Positions 1 through 12,419 of a stretch of DNA of 64,000 nt are shown piece after piece (positions within the stretch are counted from its first letter, which is position 1; the number at the start of each line of letters is the position of its first letter). The notes beneath the pieces are model-generated. The model had not been told where the DNA came from. It ran no database searches and worked only from the letters and a program-made list of their open reading frames with translations. Made by a program: the position numbers and the translations under genes. The DNA is from Squalus acanthias (Eukaryota), in the NCBI GenBank assembly GCA_030390025.1, contig CM059431.1, positions 156,552,001 through 156,616,000 on the forward strand, written 5' to 3'.

Positions 1-3000
1 TTGGACATTGCAACCGGTTCTGGGGGAGGTGGGAGCAGTACAAACGGGACGGTCTGCACCTGGGCAGGGCCGAGGCGATGTCCTAGGGGGAGTGTTTGCA
101 AGTGCTGTTGGGGAGGGTTTAAACTAAAGTGGCAGTGGGTTGGGAACCTGAGCAGGGAGACAGAGGAAAGGGAAATAAGGACAAAAGCTAAAGACAGGAA
201 GGAGAAAAAACAAAAGTAGAAGGCAAATAACTCAACGGTTTAAATCAAACATGTCACAGTAAATAATAATTCATATAGGTCTGAGAGCGTTAAAAAAAAA
301 GCCTGAAGGCTTTGTGTCATAATGCAAGGAGCATTCGGAACAAGGTGGATGAATTAGCTGCGCAAATAGAGGTAAATGAATACGATTTGATTGGGATTAC
401 AGCAACATGGCTCCAGGGTGGCCAAGGCTGGGAACTCAACATCCAGGTTTATTCAATATTTAGGAAAGATAGGCAAAAAAGAAAGGGAGGTGGGGTAGCA
501 TTGCTGGTTAAAGAGAGGATTAACACAATTGAAAGGAAGGATATTAGCTCTTATGATGTGGAATCTGTATGGGTAGAACTGAGAAATAACAAGGGGCAGA
601 AAACGTTAGTGGGAGTGGTATATAGACCTCCAAACAGTAATACGGAGGTTGGGGACCGCATTAAAAGGGAAATTAGAGAAGCATGCAGTAAGGGCACAGA
701 AGTCATCATGGGTGACTTTAATTTACATATAGATTGGGCTAACCAAATTAGTAAAAATACTGTGGAGGAGGAATTCCTAGAATGTTTACGAGATGGTTTT
801 CTGGAACAATATGCCGAGGAACCAACCAGAGGTCAGGCGATCTTAGACTGGGTATTATGCAACGAGAAAGGATTAATTAGCAATCTTGTTGTACGAGGCC
901 CCTTGGGTCAGAGTGATCATAGTATGATAGAATTCTTCATTAGGATGGAGAGTGAAGTAGTTGAATCAGAGACTGGGGTCCTGAATTTAAATAAAGGAAA
1001 CTACGATGGTATGAGGCGCGAATTGGGTAGGATTGATTGGGGAATGTCACTCAAGGGGTTGACGGTGGATAGGCAATGGCAAACATTTAAAGACAGCATG
1101 GATGAACTACAGAATTTGTACATCCCAGATTGGCATAAGAATAAAACAAAATGTGACTCAACCGTGGCTAACAAGGGAAATTAGAGACAGCATAAGATCC
1201 AAGGAGAGGGCATATAAATTGGCCAGAAAAAGCGGTAACCCTGAGGATTGGGGGCAGTTTAGGATTCAACAAAGGAGGACAAAGGGATTAATTAAGAAGG
1301 GGAAAATAGAATATGAAAGTAAGCTTGCTGGGAACATAAAAACTGACTGTAAGAGCTTTTATAGATATGTGAAGAGAAAAAGATTTGTATAATCAAGTGT
1401 AGGTCCCTTGCAGTCAGAAGCGCGGGAAGTTATAATGGGGAACAAAGAAATGGCAGCCCAATTAAATGCATATTTTGGTTCTGTCTTCACAAAGGAGGAC
1501 ACAAATAACCTCCCAGAGATGTTGGAGAACATGCGGTCTGCTGAAAGGGAGGAACTGAAAGAAATCAGTATTTGCAGGGAAATGGTGTTAGGGAAATTGA
1601 CGGTATTGAAGGCCGATAAATCCCCAGGGCCTGATAATCTACATCCTAGGGTACTTAAGGAAGTGGCCCTAGAAATAGTAGATGCATTGCTGATCATCTT
1701 CCAATATTCGATGGAATCTGGAACTGTTACCATGGATTGGAGGGTAACTAATGTTACCCCACTATTCAAAAAGGGTGGTAGAGAGAAAGCGGGGAATTAC
1801 AGACCGGTAAGCCAGACATCGGTAGTGGGGAAAATGCTAGAGTCCATTATAAAGGATGTAATAGCTGAGCATTTGAAAAACAGTGATAGGATCGGACAAA
1901 GTCAACATGGATTTACAAAAGGTAAATCGTGCTTGACTAATCTACTGGAATTTTTTGAGGATGTAACTGGGAAAATAGATAAGGGAGAACCAGTAGATGT
2001 GTTGTATTTGGACTTTCAAAAGGCTTTCGATAAGGTCCCGCATAAGAGATTACCGGGTAAAGTTAAGGCACATGGCATTGGGGGCAAGGTATTGACTTGG
2101 ATAGAGAACTGGTTGGAGAACAGAAAGCAGAGAGTAGGAATTAATGGGTCTTTTTCCGAGTGGCAAGCAGTGACTAGTGGGGTACCGCAGGGATCGGTCC
2201 TTGGATCCCAGCTATTCACAATGTACATTAATGATCTAGATAAGGGAATTAAATGTAATATCTCCAAGTTTTCAGATGACACAAAGCTGGGTGGGAGAGT
2301 GTGCAGCGAGGAGGATAGCGCAAAACTCCAGGATGGTCAGGACAGGTTGGGTGAGAGGGCAGAAGCGTGGCAGATGCAATATAACGTGGATAAGTGCGAG
2401 GTTATCCACTTTGGTGTCAAAAACAGAAAGGCAGACTATTATCTGAATGGCAATAGATTGGGAGAAGGGGAACTGCAACGAAACCTGGGTGTCCTTGTGC
2501 ACCAGTCGCTGAAAGTAAGCATGCAGGTGCAGCAGGCGGTGAAGAAGGCAAATGGTATGTCGGCCTTCATAGCGAAAGGGTTTGAGTATAGGAACAGGGA
2601 TGTCCTGCTGCAGTTGTAGAGGGCATTGGTGAGACCACACCTTGAGTACTGTGTGCAGTTTTGGTCGCCTTATTTGAGGAAGGATGTTCTTGCCATGGAA
2701 GGACTTCAGCGAAGATTCACAAGGCTGATACCTGGGATGGCAGGAATGACATACGAGGAGAGATTGGGGCGATTGGGCTTATACTCAATGGAGTATAGAA
2801 GAATGAGAGGGGATCTCATCGAAACATATATAATTCTGACAGGTCTGGACAAACTAGATGCAGGATGAATGTTCCCGATGGTCGGCGAGTCCAGAACCAG
2901 GGGTCATAATCTACGGATAACGGGTAAACCATTTAGGACAGAAATGAGGAAGAATTTCTTCACCCAGGGAGTGGTGAACCTGTGGAATTCTCTACCTCAG

Positions 3001-3208
3001 AAGGTAGTTGAGGCGAAGTCATTAAATATATTCAAGGTTGAGTTAGATATATTTCTTAAAGCTAAAGGTATCAAGAGATAGGGGGAGAAGGCAGGTACAG
3101 GGGACTGAGTTGAGATGATCAGCCATGATCTCATCGAATGGTGGAGCAGGCTCGAAGGGCCGAATGGCCTACTCCTGCTCCTATCTTCTATGTTTCTATG
3201 TTTCTATG
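1..3208 (+). mobile_element. CR1 LINE (ORF1 tail, disrupted APE+RT ORF2, 3' tail); runs off the window's left edge
   Basis: APE motifs (NARSIRNK, GVVYRPP, MGDFN, SDH) and RT motifs (YLDFQKAFDKVPH, GVPQGSVLG, FSDDTKL) are spread over frameshifted ORFs 312-3081. The 3' stem-loop GCAGGCTCGAAGGGCCGAATGGCCTACTCCTGCTCC is followed by a (TTTCTATG)n tail ending ~3208. Confidence 0.95.
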
Positions 3209-4050
3209 ATGCAAAGGGATATAGACACTTAAAGTGAGTGGTAAATAACATGGCAGATGGAATATTACGTGGAGAAATGTGAAGTTATCCACTTTTGTAT
3301 GAAAAATAGAAAAACACATCGGGAAATGTTGGGATTCAGAGGGAAGTGGGTGTCCTTGTACACGGCAAGTTAGCATGTAGGTGCAACAAGAAATTGGAAA
3401 CCAAATGGTATGTTAGCTTTATTTTTTTTTAAAGATTGGAGTACAAGAGTAAATAAGTCGTACTGCAATCATATCAGACATTGCTGATACCACATCTGGA
3501 GCACTCTGTAAAGTTTTGGTATCCTTATCTAAGGAAGGATATATTTGCATTATAGTGAGTGCAACGAAGGTCCAACAGACTGATTGCTTGAGATGAATGG
3601 ATTGTCCTATGAGGAGAGAATGAGGAGACTAGTCCCATATTCAGTAGAATTTAGAAGAATGAGAGGGGATCTCGTTGAAACATATAACCTTATTACAGGG
3701 CTTGTCAGGTTGGATGTTGGGAGAGGTTTCCACCGGCTGGGGAGTCTAGAAACAGGAGTCACATTCTCAGAAATAGCGGTCGGCCATTTAGGATGAGATG
3801 ATGAGGAATTTCTTCATTTAGATGTTTGTGAATCTTTGGAATTCTCTTCACCAGAAGATTGTGGGTGCTCAATCGTTGAGTATATTCAAGACATAGTTCA
3901 GTAGATTTTTGGATATTAACGGAATCAAGGGATATGAAGTTAGTGCTGGAGGGTGGAGTTGAGGTAGAAGATCAGCCATGATCTCATTGAATGATGGAGC
4001 AGGCTCTAGGGCCCGTATGGCCTTCCCCTGCTCGTAATTCTTATGTTCTT
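3209..4050 (+). mobile_element. Older degenerate CR1 3' fragment
   Basis: Decayed RT C-terminus (YEERMRRL..EFRRMRGDL) and a CR1-type 3' stem-loop ending TTCTTATGTTCTT. Confidence 0.85.
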
Positions 4051-5550
4051 AAATACAGCTTAGAGGGCACGAATCGTAGTCATTACTGGGAAATGTTGTA
4101 ATCTGGTCAAGATTGGGAGTTAAAAATTCCATGTTATAAATTCTGTAGAAAGTATAGGGAATCTGTAACAGGAGGATGGGTACCCTTAGTGATAAAAGTT
4201 ATATTACAGCATTAGTGAGAGAGGATACAGCTAAGGGGATTTACCAGGCGTAAGGTGTTAAGGGATTTCAGCGGGCGGAGATTCTGCATGAAGCGGAACG
4301 CTCCAACCTGAGAGGCCCTTCTCCAGGGCAGCCGGAGGATCTGTCACGCGAATTCGTGACAGATCGGAATTGCCGGTTTTCAGCGTAAGCCTGAAACCGG
4401 CATTTGTGCGGTCCCTACGGGTGTGTACACAGCTCGTACCCACCCGTCGGGATCGGAAAATGTGAGCCATTTAATATGCTAATTCAGAGATTATAGAGGA
4501 TTGTAGCAAAAGCAGAGTAGTTTTATTTTGACACTTTAGCTTTCAGCTAGAATATGAAGGGCAAGTAGCTCAAGTCCAAAAGCTAGTGAATTTATTGAGT
4601 CGATTCAAGATAGGTTTCTGGAGCAATATGTTGAAGAACCAAAAAGAGGGCAGGCCAAAGTAGATTTAGTAATGTGTAATGAGCCAATCTTATTATTAAT
4701 CTAACAGTAAGATAACAGTATCTAACAGTGAGCAAAATATAATCGAATGCAATGCTAGATTCTAAAGGAAAAAACGTAACACAATTTTAAGATCCTACAT
4801 TTTGGTAAAGCTAACTTTAACGGGAAGAGACAGATACTGACAACAGCAAGCTGGTCAAATCTATTATCGGGTAAGACTACAGGTGAACAGTGGGAGGTAT
4901 TCAAAAATAATTTATGTAATACAGGATCAGTATATAACCCTTAAGGGCAAGAGCTCTACTTACCAATTAAGCAAGTAAGCAGTATCATAAAAAATAATGG
5001 CACTAAAGTCTGACAGATCCTCAGGACCTGATAGATTCCACCACAGACATTTGAAGGAAGTAGGTGAGTAAATTGAACATGCTTTAGCCATAATCTCCAA
5101 AAGCTCTCGATTCAGGAATTATCCTTTTAGATTGATAAGTTACAAATGTAACTCCACTATTTAGGAAAGGTGACAGAGAGATTGACGGAAATTATAAACC
5201 CTTCTGTCTAATATCTGTTGCAGGGAAGTTAATGGCATCTATAATTAAAGACAGCGTGACTGAACACTTCGACATTATTGAGCTAATTAGAGAGAGCCAA
5301 CATGGATTTGTGAATATTAGCTCATGTATAACAAACCTATGTGAATGTTTTTGAGGAAATAACTAAAGTGGTACAGAGGGAAATGTATGGGGATGTAACT
5401 TATATGGAATCCAAGAAGGCAGTCGATAGGATTCCACATAAGAGACTGTTCAGTCAAAATTAAAGTTCATGAAATTGAAGGCAAATTATTGACGTGGTTA
5501 TTATACTGGTTGGGCGGTAGAAGAGAGAGTAGGGTTTATTAGTACATACT

Positions 5551-5936
5551 ACTCGGTGCTCCGACACGGCAAGAGAGCCCCAGTTGGGCAAAGGAAACGC
5601 TTCAATGACACGCTGAAAGCCTCCTTGAAAAAGTGCAACATCCCCACCGACACCTGGGAATCCCTGGCCGAACACCGCACAAAGTGGAGGACAAACATCC
5701 GGGAAGACGGCAACCACTTCGAGTCTCTTCGCCAGACACAAGCGGATGCCAAGCACAAAGAGCGGAAGGAGCGCACGCCAACCCAAGCACCCCAACCATC
5801 CGCCCCTTCAACCACCGTCTGCCCCACCTGTGACAGAGACTGTAGGTACCGTATTGCACTCATCAGTCACCTGAAAACTCATTTTTAGTGTGGAAGCATG
5901 TCATCCTCGGTTCGAAGGAACTGCCTAAGAAGAAAA
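5551..5936 (+). mobile_element. RTE-clade LINE 3' fragment
   Basis: ORF 5556-5888 reads GKR..GQRKRFNDTLKASLK..WE..A..R..WR with a C-terminal CPTC...SHLKTH knuckle. It ends in an (AAG)-like tail and is flanked by a degenerate 27-bp direct repeat. Confidence 0.75.
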
Positions 5937-6659
5937 AGAGAGTACGGATAATCAGTATATACTCGCATTGGAAGGAAGTGACTAGTGGTTTCCCACAAGG
6001 ATCTGTGCTGCTCTTAAACAAATTACATTATTTTTTTTGACTTAGATAACAAAATAGAGAGTCATATATCCAAGTTTGCCGATGAAACAAAGGTTGGTGT
6101 TACAGTAAGTAATGTAAACGGGAACATAACATTACGCAGAGTCATTTATACATTAAGTGAATGGAAAAACTTTGACAGATGGATTTCAATTAAGGTAAAT
6201 GAGTGGATACACATCTTGGATCAAAATAATGATGTATCTGAGTATTTTGAATGACGGAAAGATAGGAACAGTGGAGATGCTAACAGATTTAGGGGTCCAT
6301 GTACACAGATTATTAAAATCTATTAGTCAAATACAAAATAATCAAAACGGCTCATGGAATATTAGCATTTATAACTAGAGGGCTATCAGTTAAAGGGTAG
6401 AATGTTTTGCTACAGTTATACAAAACCCTGCTAAAACCACATCTGGAATACTTTTTACTATTGTTGGAAACGCAACTCAGAAAGGATATATTGGCTTTGG
6501 AGGATTACTGCGCAGGTTCACCAGAGTGTTACCAGGGCTCCAATGGTTAGACTATAAGGAGAGATTACATGAACTAGTTCTTTCACACATTAAACTTCTA
6601 TATTGGAATATAGAAGGTTAATAGGTGAAAAAAATTACGGTTTTTTTAGGATTTTGAAA

Positions 6660-7992
6660 GGACTAATCCGGGACAAAATTAACAGTGACCTGGACAAGTG
6701 TGGATTAATTAAGGGAAGCCAGCACGGATTTGTTAAAGGCAAATCTTGTTTAACTAACTTGATTGAATTTTTTGTTCAGGTAACCGACAGGGTTGATGAG
6801 CGCAATGCCGTTGATATGGTGTACATGGACTTCCAAAAGGCGATTGATAAAGTGTCATATAATAGGGTTGCCCGCAAAGTTGAAGCCCATGGAATAATAG
6901 GGGCAGTGGCAGCATGGATATGAAATTAGCTAAGTGACAGGAAACAGAGAGTAGTGGTGAACAGCTGATTTTTCGGACTGGAATAATGTACACCGTGGTA
7001 TTCCTATGGGTTGAGTGCTACGGCCAGTGCTTTTCTTGATGTAGATTAAAGATTTCGATTTGGGTGTACAGGGCCCAATTTCAAGATTTGCGGATGATGT
7101 AACTTGGAAGAAGAGAGAACAGTGAGGAGGATAGGGATAGACTTCAAGAGGACATGCGCAGACTGCTGGAATGGGCAGATTAAGTTTAACACAGAAAAGT
7201 GCGAAGTGATACATTATGGTAGAAAGAATGATGAGAGGCAATATGTACTAAAGGGTACATCTAAAGTGGGTGCAGGAACAGAGGGACATGGGGGTACATG
7301 TGCACAAATCGGTGAATGTGTCAGTGCAGATTGAGAAAGTGGTTAAAAAAGTATTCGGGATACTGCACTTTATAAATAGCGTCATAGTGTACAAAAGCAA
7401 TTAATATATGATGAACCTTTATAAAAGCACTGGTTCGGCCACAACTGGATTATTGTGTCCAATTCTGGGCACCGCACTTTAGGAAGGATGTGAAGGCTTT
7501 AGAGAGGGTGTCGAACATATTTACAAGAATATTTCCAGCGATGAGGGATTGCAGTTACGTGTATAGACTGGAGAAGCTGGGGTTTCTTCTCCTTAGAGCA
7601 GAGATGTTTGAGAGGAGATTTGGCAGAGGTGTTCAAAATCATGAGGGGGCTAGACAGAATAGAGAGTAACTGTTCCTATTAGCAGAAGGGTCGAAAACCA
7701 GAGGACTCAGATTTAAGGTGATTGGCAGAAGATCCAAAGGCGAAATGAAGAAAAACTTGTTTTACTCAGCGAGTGGTTATGATCTGGGATGCACTGCCTG
7801 AAAGTATTTTGCAGGCAGATTCAATCGTGGCTATCAAAAGGGAGTTGGATAAGTACCTGAAGGGAAAAAAAAGCAGGGCTACGGGGAATGTGTGGGGAAG
7901 GGGGACTAGCTGAAGTGCTCTTGCACAGAGCTAGAACAGCTCGACGGGGCAAATGGCCTCCTACTGTGCTGTAACGCTTCTATGTATCTATG
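6660..7992 (+). mobile_element. CR1 RT/3' fragment of a different subfamily, nested in the older CR1
   Basis: SQHGFVKGKSCLTNLIEFF..YMDFQKA; the tail reads GGCCTCCTACTGTGCTGTAACGCTTCTATGTATCTATG. Confidence 0.85.
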
Positions 7993-8431
7993 ACATGGTA
8001 GGGAGAAATATTTTCCGCTATCGGGCGAGTCTAGGACAGGGAACATAAACATAAAATCAGAGCAAGGCCTTTCAGGAGTGTGGTTAGGAAATACTTCTTC
8101 ACGAAAATGATTGTGGAAGTTTGGAACTCTCTCCCACAAAATGCAGAAGGTGCTAACGAAATTAATTATTTTAAATCGGATATCGGTAGGTTTTTGCTAG
8201 CCATGGGTATTAAGGTACATGGCGTGAATGCGGATTGATATAGTTAGGGTAGAGTTCATCCCTGATCTAATTGAATGGTGTAGCAGGCTCAAGGGTCATA
8301 GGTCCACCCCTGTTCCTATGGTTCTATGCTAAACATACACTACCTCCATCACTGATGTACCGTTTCTACAATGGGTACTAACTAAAAGATGAACTTCAGC
8401 AACTCGGCAAGGCTTATTTATCTTTTTTTAA

Positions 8432-8962
8432 ATTTGTTTATGGGATCAGGGCGTCGCTGGCAATGCCAGCATTTATTGCCCATCCCTAATTACCCTTGAG
8501 AAGGTGGCGGTGAGCCGGCTCCTTGAACTGCTGCAGTTCGTGTGGTGAAGGTACTCCCACAGTGCTGTTAGGGAGGGAGTTCCAGGATTTTGACCTAGCG
8601 ACGATGAAGGATTGGCGATATACTTCAAAGTCAGGATGGTGGGTGACTTGGAGGGGAACTTGGATGTGGTGATGTTCCCATTCGCCTGCTGACGTTGTCC
8701 TTCTATGTGGAAGAGGTCGAGGGTTTGGGGGGTGCTGCCGAAGAAGCCTTGGCGAGTTGCTGCATTGCATCTTCCAGATGGTACACACTGCAGCCACGGT
8801 ACGCCGGTGTTGGAGGGAGTGAACGGAGTGCCAATCAAGCGGGCTGCTTTGTCCTGGATACTGTCGAGTTTCTTGTGCTGTTGGAGCTGCACTCATCCAG
8901 GCAAGTGGAGAGTATTCCATCACACTCCTTACTTGTGCCTTGTAGATGGTGGAAAGGCTTGG
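8432..8962 (-). mobile_element. 3' fragment of a second non-LTR family (CR1/L2 superclade)
   Basis: TIYKAQVRSVMEYSPLAW..LDSIQDKAARLI..HSLQHRRTVAAVC..KSWNSLP; the tail reads AGGGATGGGCAATAAATGCTGG. Confidence 0.8.
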
Positions 8963-8967
8963 AAAGC

Positions 8968-9262
8968 CCCTTCCGAACCGGCAATCACTACCACCGAGTA
9001 GGACAAGAACAGCAGACGCGTGAGAACGCCCACCTTCCAATTCAAGTCACACAGCATCCTGACTGGGACATATATCACCGTTCCTTCATTGTCACTGGGT
9101 CCAAATCTTGGAAATCCCTACCTAACAACACTGAGGGAGCAAGTGTTCCATATGGGCTGCAGCGTTTTAAGATGACAGCTCACAGCACCTGCATAAGTGC
9201 AATTAGTTTGGGCAATAAATGCTGGCCTTGTCAGTGAAGCCCGTTTCCGAAGAATTAATTCA
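8968..9262 (+). mobile_element. More diverged 3' fragment of the same non-LTR family, opposite orientation
   Basis: HRSFIVTGSKSWKSLPN and the GGGCAATAAATGCTGGCCTTG tail. Confidence 0.7.
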
Positions 9263-9384
9263 AAAATCGGTGCAAGTTTTCCTATTTATACCCATGTTAT
9301 TTCATTGCAAACACGAGGTTGACGTTCATTGATTTATATTAGCAATCGCAAATTAGGAATTTGAGCTGATCCTTGCAATTTTTG

Positions 9385-9925
9385 GATCAAGGCTGTACAG
9401 AGGTCTGGACCCGAGTGGTCCTGGCAGAACACAAATTAAGCATCGGTGAGGAGGTTATTGATGAGTAAGTGTTGCTTGATAGCACTGTCGACGACACCTT
9501 CCATCATTTTGCTGATGAATGAGAGTAGGCTGATGGGGCGGTAATTGGCCTGATTGGATTTGTCCTTATTTTTGTGGACATGACATACCTGGGCAGTTTT
9601 CCACATTGTCGGGTCGATGCCAGTATTGTAGCTGTACAAGAACGTCTTGGTAGAGGCGCGGCCAATTCTGGAGCACAAGTATTCAGCACGACAGCCGGAA
9701 TGTAGTCGGGGCCCATAGCCTTTTGCTGTATTCAGTGCGCTCAGCCCTTTCTTCATATAACGTGCAGTGAATTTAATTGGCTGAAGACTGGATTCTATGA
9801 TGGTGGGGAGTTCAGGAGGAGGCCGAGATGGTTCATCCACTCGGTAGTTCTTGCTGCAAATTGCAGCAAACGCTTCCGCCTTGCCGTTTGCACTTGTCTT
9901 TTGGGCTCCCCCATCATTTCAACAA
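9385..9925 (-). mobile_element. RT N-terminal fragment, probably of the same non-LTR family
   Basis: GPDYIPAVVL..CAPELAAPL..WKTAQVCHVHK..NYRPISLLSFISKMMEG. Confidence 0.75.
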
Positions 9926-11039
9926 AGAGCGACCGACACTTGGAGCGGACTCCCAGGTAGATCAGTGGAGGGGAAACTCTGGAAACATTGAATAAATGAT
10001 TGATGCTGCGAGTGAGATCAGTTTGGAATGAAGCCACACGGTCTCGATCACCTGCGAGGTCTGGAACTGCGCCTGAATTTTTCCTCCCCTACTGTTGGCG
10101 CTCGGCTATGACAGGAATCACGACTGGGCGGTGTGGGGTAAGGGTGGGGGGGAGGGTATTGGGGAGGTGCTGTTGACCTGGGCAGTGGAAATGGGCGGGA
10201 CTGCAAAACTCGGCCTTTTAATTGAATACCAGGTATCCAATTGTTAAACCCGACAAACCGAAGACTGTTGAAAAACAGGGCGCAGACAGAGCAGGCGCAG
10301 TGCAGTGAGTCATAAACCATTCGGTCCCTTCCTGCCCTCTCAGAAGAACCAGTCTCCGGAATGATTACTACTGGCCGGCTTATTAACAGCATACAACCTG
10401 CGGGATAATGATCCCCAATGGAAAACCTTAAAGCTGCAAAACCCACAGCTTTAAAGGGTCCGTTTTCCTTCCCTCCCAGGCCCAGTGTTTCTGCTCAGCC
10501 TGTCAGAAAAGTGAATTGAAAAACCTCCCAAATTGGTATTAAGCTCCCACAGACAAACACACCATCAACTGCATTGAATGACGGAGAAATTCAGATACAT
10601 TCTGTATTCATTTCACACTCACTCACACAGCCTTTGAACAAATTGTGCAACATGAGAAACTTACTCCACATTAAACTGCCCCACATTGCCGCCCTCACTC
10701 ATTGGATGGACCCAACCCTTCTCTGGATGCAATGTTCGCCATTATTTTCCGACTTCTATTTGCTCTCTCCTATAAATGTCTTTTGTTAATTTCGTTCAGC
10801 TCATCTGTGTAAAAATCAGCACTAGCATTTCGGGCTCTTCATTCACTCGTCGGCTCTTAAGATTCCCGTTGATATGTGCTCTCGATCACCTCTCTTTAAT
10901 GTACTTTCCCTGACAGAGCTTGCCGTCTCTGCTCCACCCAGGTGATGATTGATTCAGACTGTACAGACAGAGTGACAGGGATCAACAGACAGGGATTGTT
11001 TATTACATTTATGCTTTTGTTACTATTCCAATACTCTCC

Positions 11040-11575
11040 TGGCCGTCCCCCCATCATCCATACTCTGTCAACGTCAGCTCATACAAAACTCTGCTGCCCG
11101 TGTCCTAACTCGCACCAAGTTCCGTTCGCGCATCACCTCCTCTGCTCGCTGACTAACATTAGGTCCCAGTCCAGCAACAACTCGATTTAAATTTCTTGTG
11201 TTCAATCCATCCATGGATCGCCTATCCCTATCTCGGTCACCTCCGAAAGCCCAAAAATCTTCTTAGAACTCTGCCTTCATCAGATTCTGCCACGTTCCGA
11301 AACCCTATTTCCTTCGCTTCAACATTGTCGGCCGTGCCTTCAGACGTCTGGCCCCTACGCTCCGGCCATCCCTCCCTACACCTCTCCACGCTTCACCTCT
11401 CTATCCGCATTGAAGACGCGGCTTAAGTCCTTCCTCTTTGCCCGAGCTTTTGGTCACTTGTACTAACATCTCCACGTGTGCCTCGGTGTCAAATTACGTG
11501 CACTATCGCTCCTGTGAAACGACTTGTGAGGCTTCACTACGTTAAAGTCACTATATCAATGCAAAATGCTTTTGC
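11040..11575 (+). mobile_element. L2 LINE 3' fragment
   Basis: CAAAACTCTGCTGCCCGTGTCCTAACTCGCACCAAG (NSAARVLTRT motif) and an L2-type tail ...ACTACGTTAAAGTCACTATATCAATGCAA. Confidence 0.7.
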
Positions 11576-12419
11576 TGATGAGAAGCAAAGCGACAGAGCG
11601 ATGGAGCAATAGTGAGAGAGAGATGCTAGGCGAGAGAGAAAAACAGACAGAAACAGACAGAGAGAAGAAATAGACTGACATATATAGAGGGAATTTGGAG
11701 CAAAAGAGTGCTCCTGTGTGCGTGTCAGAGAGACTTCCAATCCTTTGAATTTGATCCATTCGCCCTGTGACACTTGAGCGTACTGGGTCCTGTGGAGAGG
11801 GACGCGGATGGAACAGCGAAAGTCTGCTGCTCTGTCTGACTCAGGAGTTTCTATATCAAATGACGTTCCCTTGTAAAATGATCATAGACTGAATTCTGGT
11901 ACCAGAAATCAATTTGTACCACATAATAACACAAACAAAACTAAAATGCTTCTCCTGGCGGAGCGATAATAACATGGTGGACGCAGATGAAGGCCTCGCC
12001 TGAACTTTGTGAAGAAAACAGTTGTACCCCAAACTGTAAGAGGAATCAAGTGTGAGGTTATCGCGCTCCCTGTCCCTTGATCCATTATTTTTCCTTGCAC
12101 CGTTATCACACGACTTGGACAGGTCGCTCCGGCACTGGGCTGGTGGTGCGCCGGCTGCACCGGTTGTCTTGTCACTCTCCGATCTGTAAGTAAATCTTTT
12201 CATGAGGATCTATTGCAGGGTATGTCTTGGGCCAGCAGCCGCCGTAATTCCATCTGCAATAGACTATATTAAAGCTGCTGCAGTTAAAAAGCTGGGAGTT
12301 GGATCATGGGATGGATCTGCTGCTTGGCAGTGAGACAAGCGACCTCCTGTCACAGCCCTGGCCTCTGAGCATTCCCTTGATGCTCTTAGCTGAACATGTG
12401 AACAAAGGAACTTTTTGCA

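Larger units (their letters stand above)
4051..8328 (+). mobile_element. Old, heavily mutated CR1 hosting three nested insertions (~4235-4490, 5551-5936, ~6660-7992)
   Basis: APE-to-RT remnants stay collinear across the inserts (e.g. TTTCTGGAGCAATATGTTGAAGAACC, GTGACTAGTGGTTTCCCACAAGG). A degenerate CR1 tail ends ~8328. Confidence 0.75.

Noticed and set aside
1359..2640. Recurrent antisense ORFs over CR1 ORF2 (also in other copies)
   Set aside because: They are shadows of the RT coding strand repeated across copies, with no independent domain evidence.
8432..9262. Inverted pair as a DNA transposon or twin-priming product
   Set aside because: Both pieces carry their own 3' tail and differ in divergence, which fits two independent insertions.
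9940..10500. GC-rich island or MITE with an AP-1-like TGAGTCA site
   Set aside because: No convincing terminal inverted repeats, TSD or coding signal could be defined by eye.
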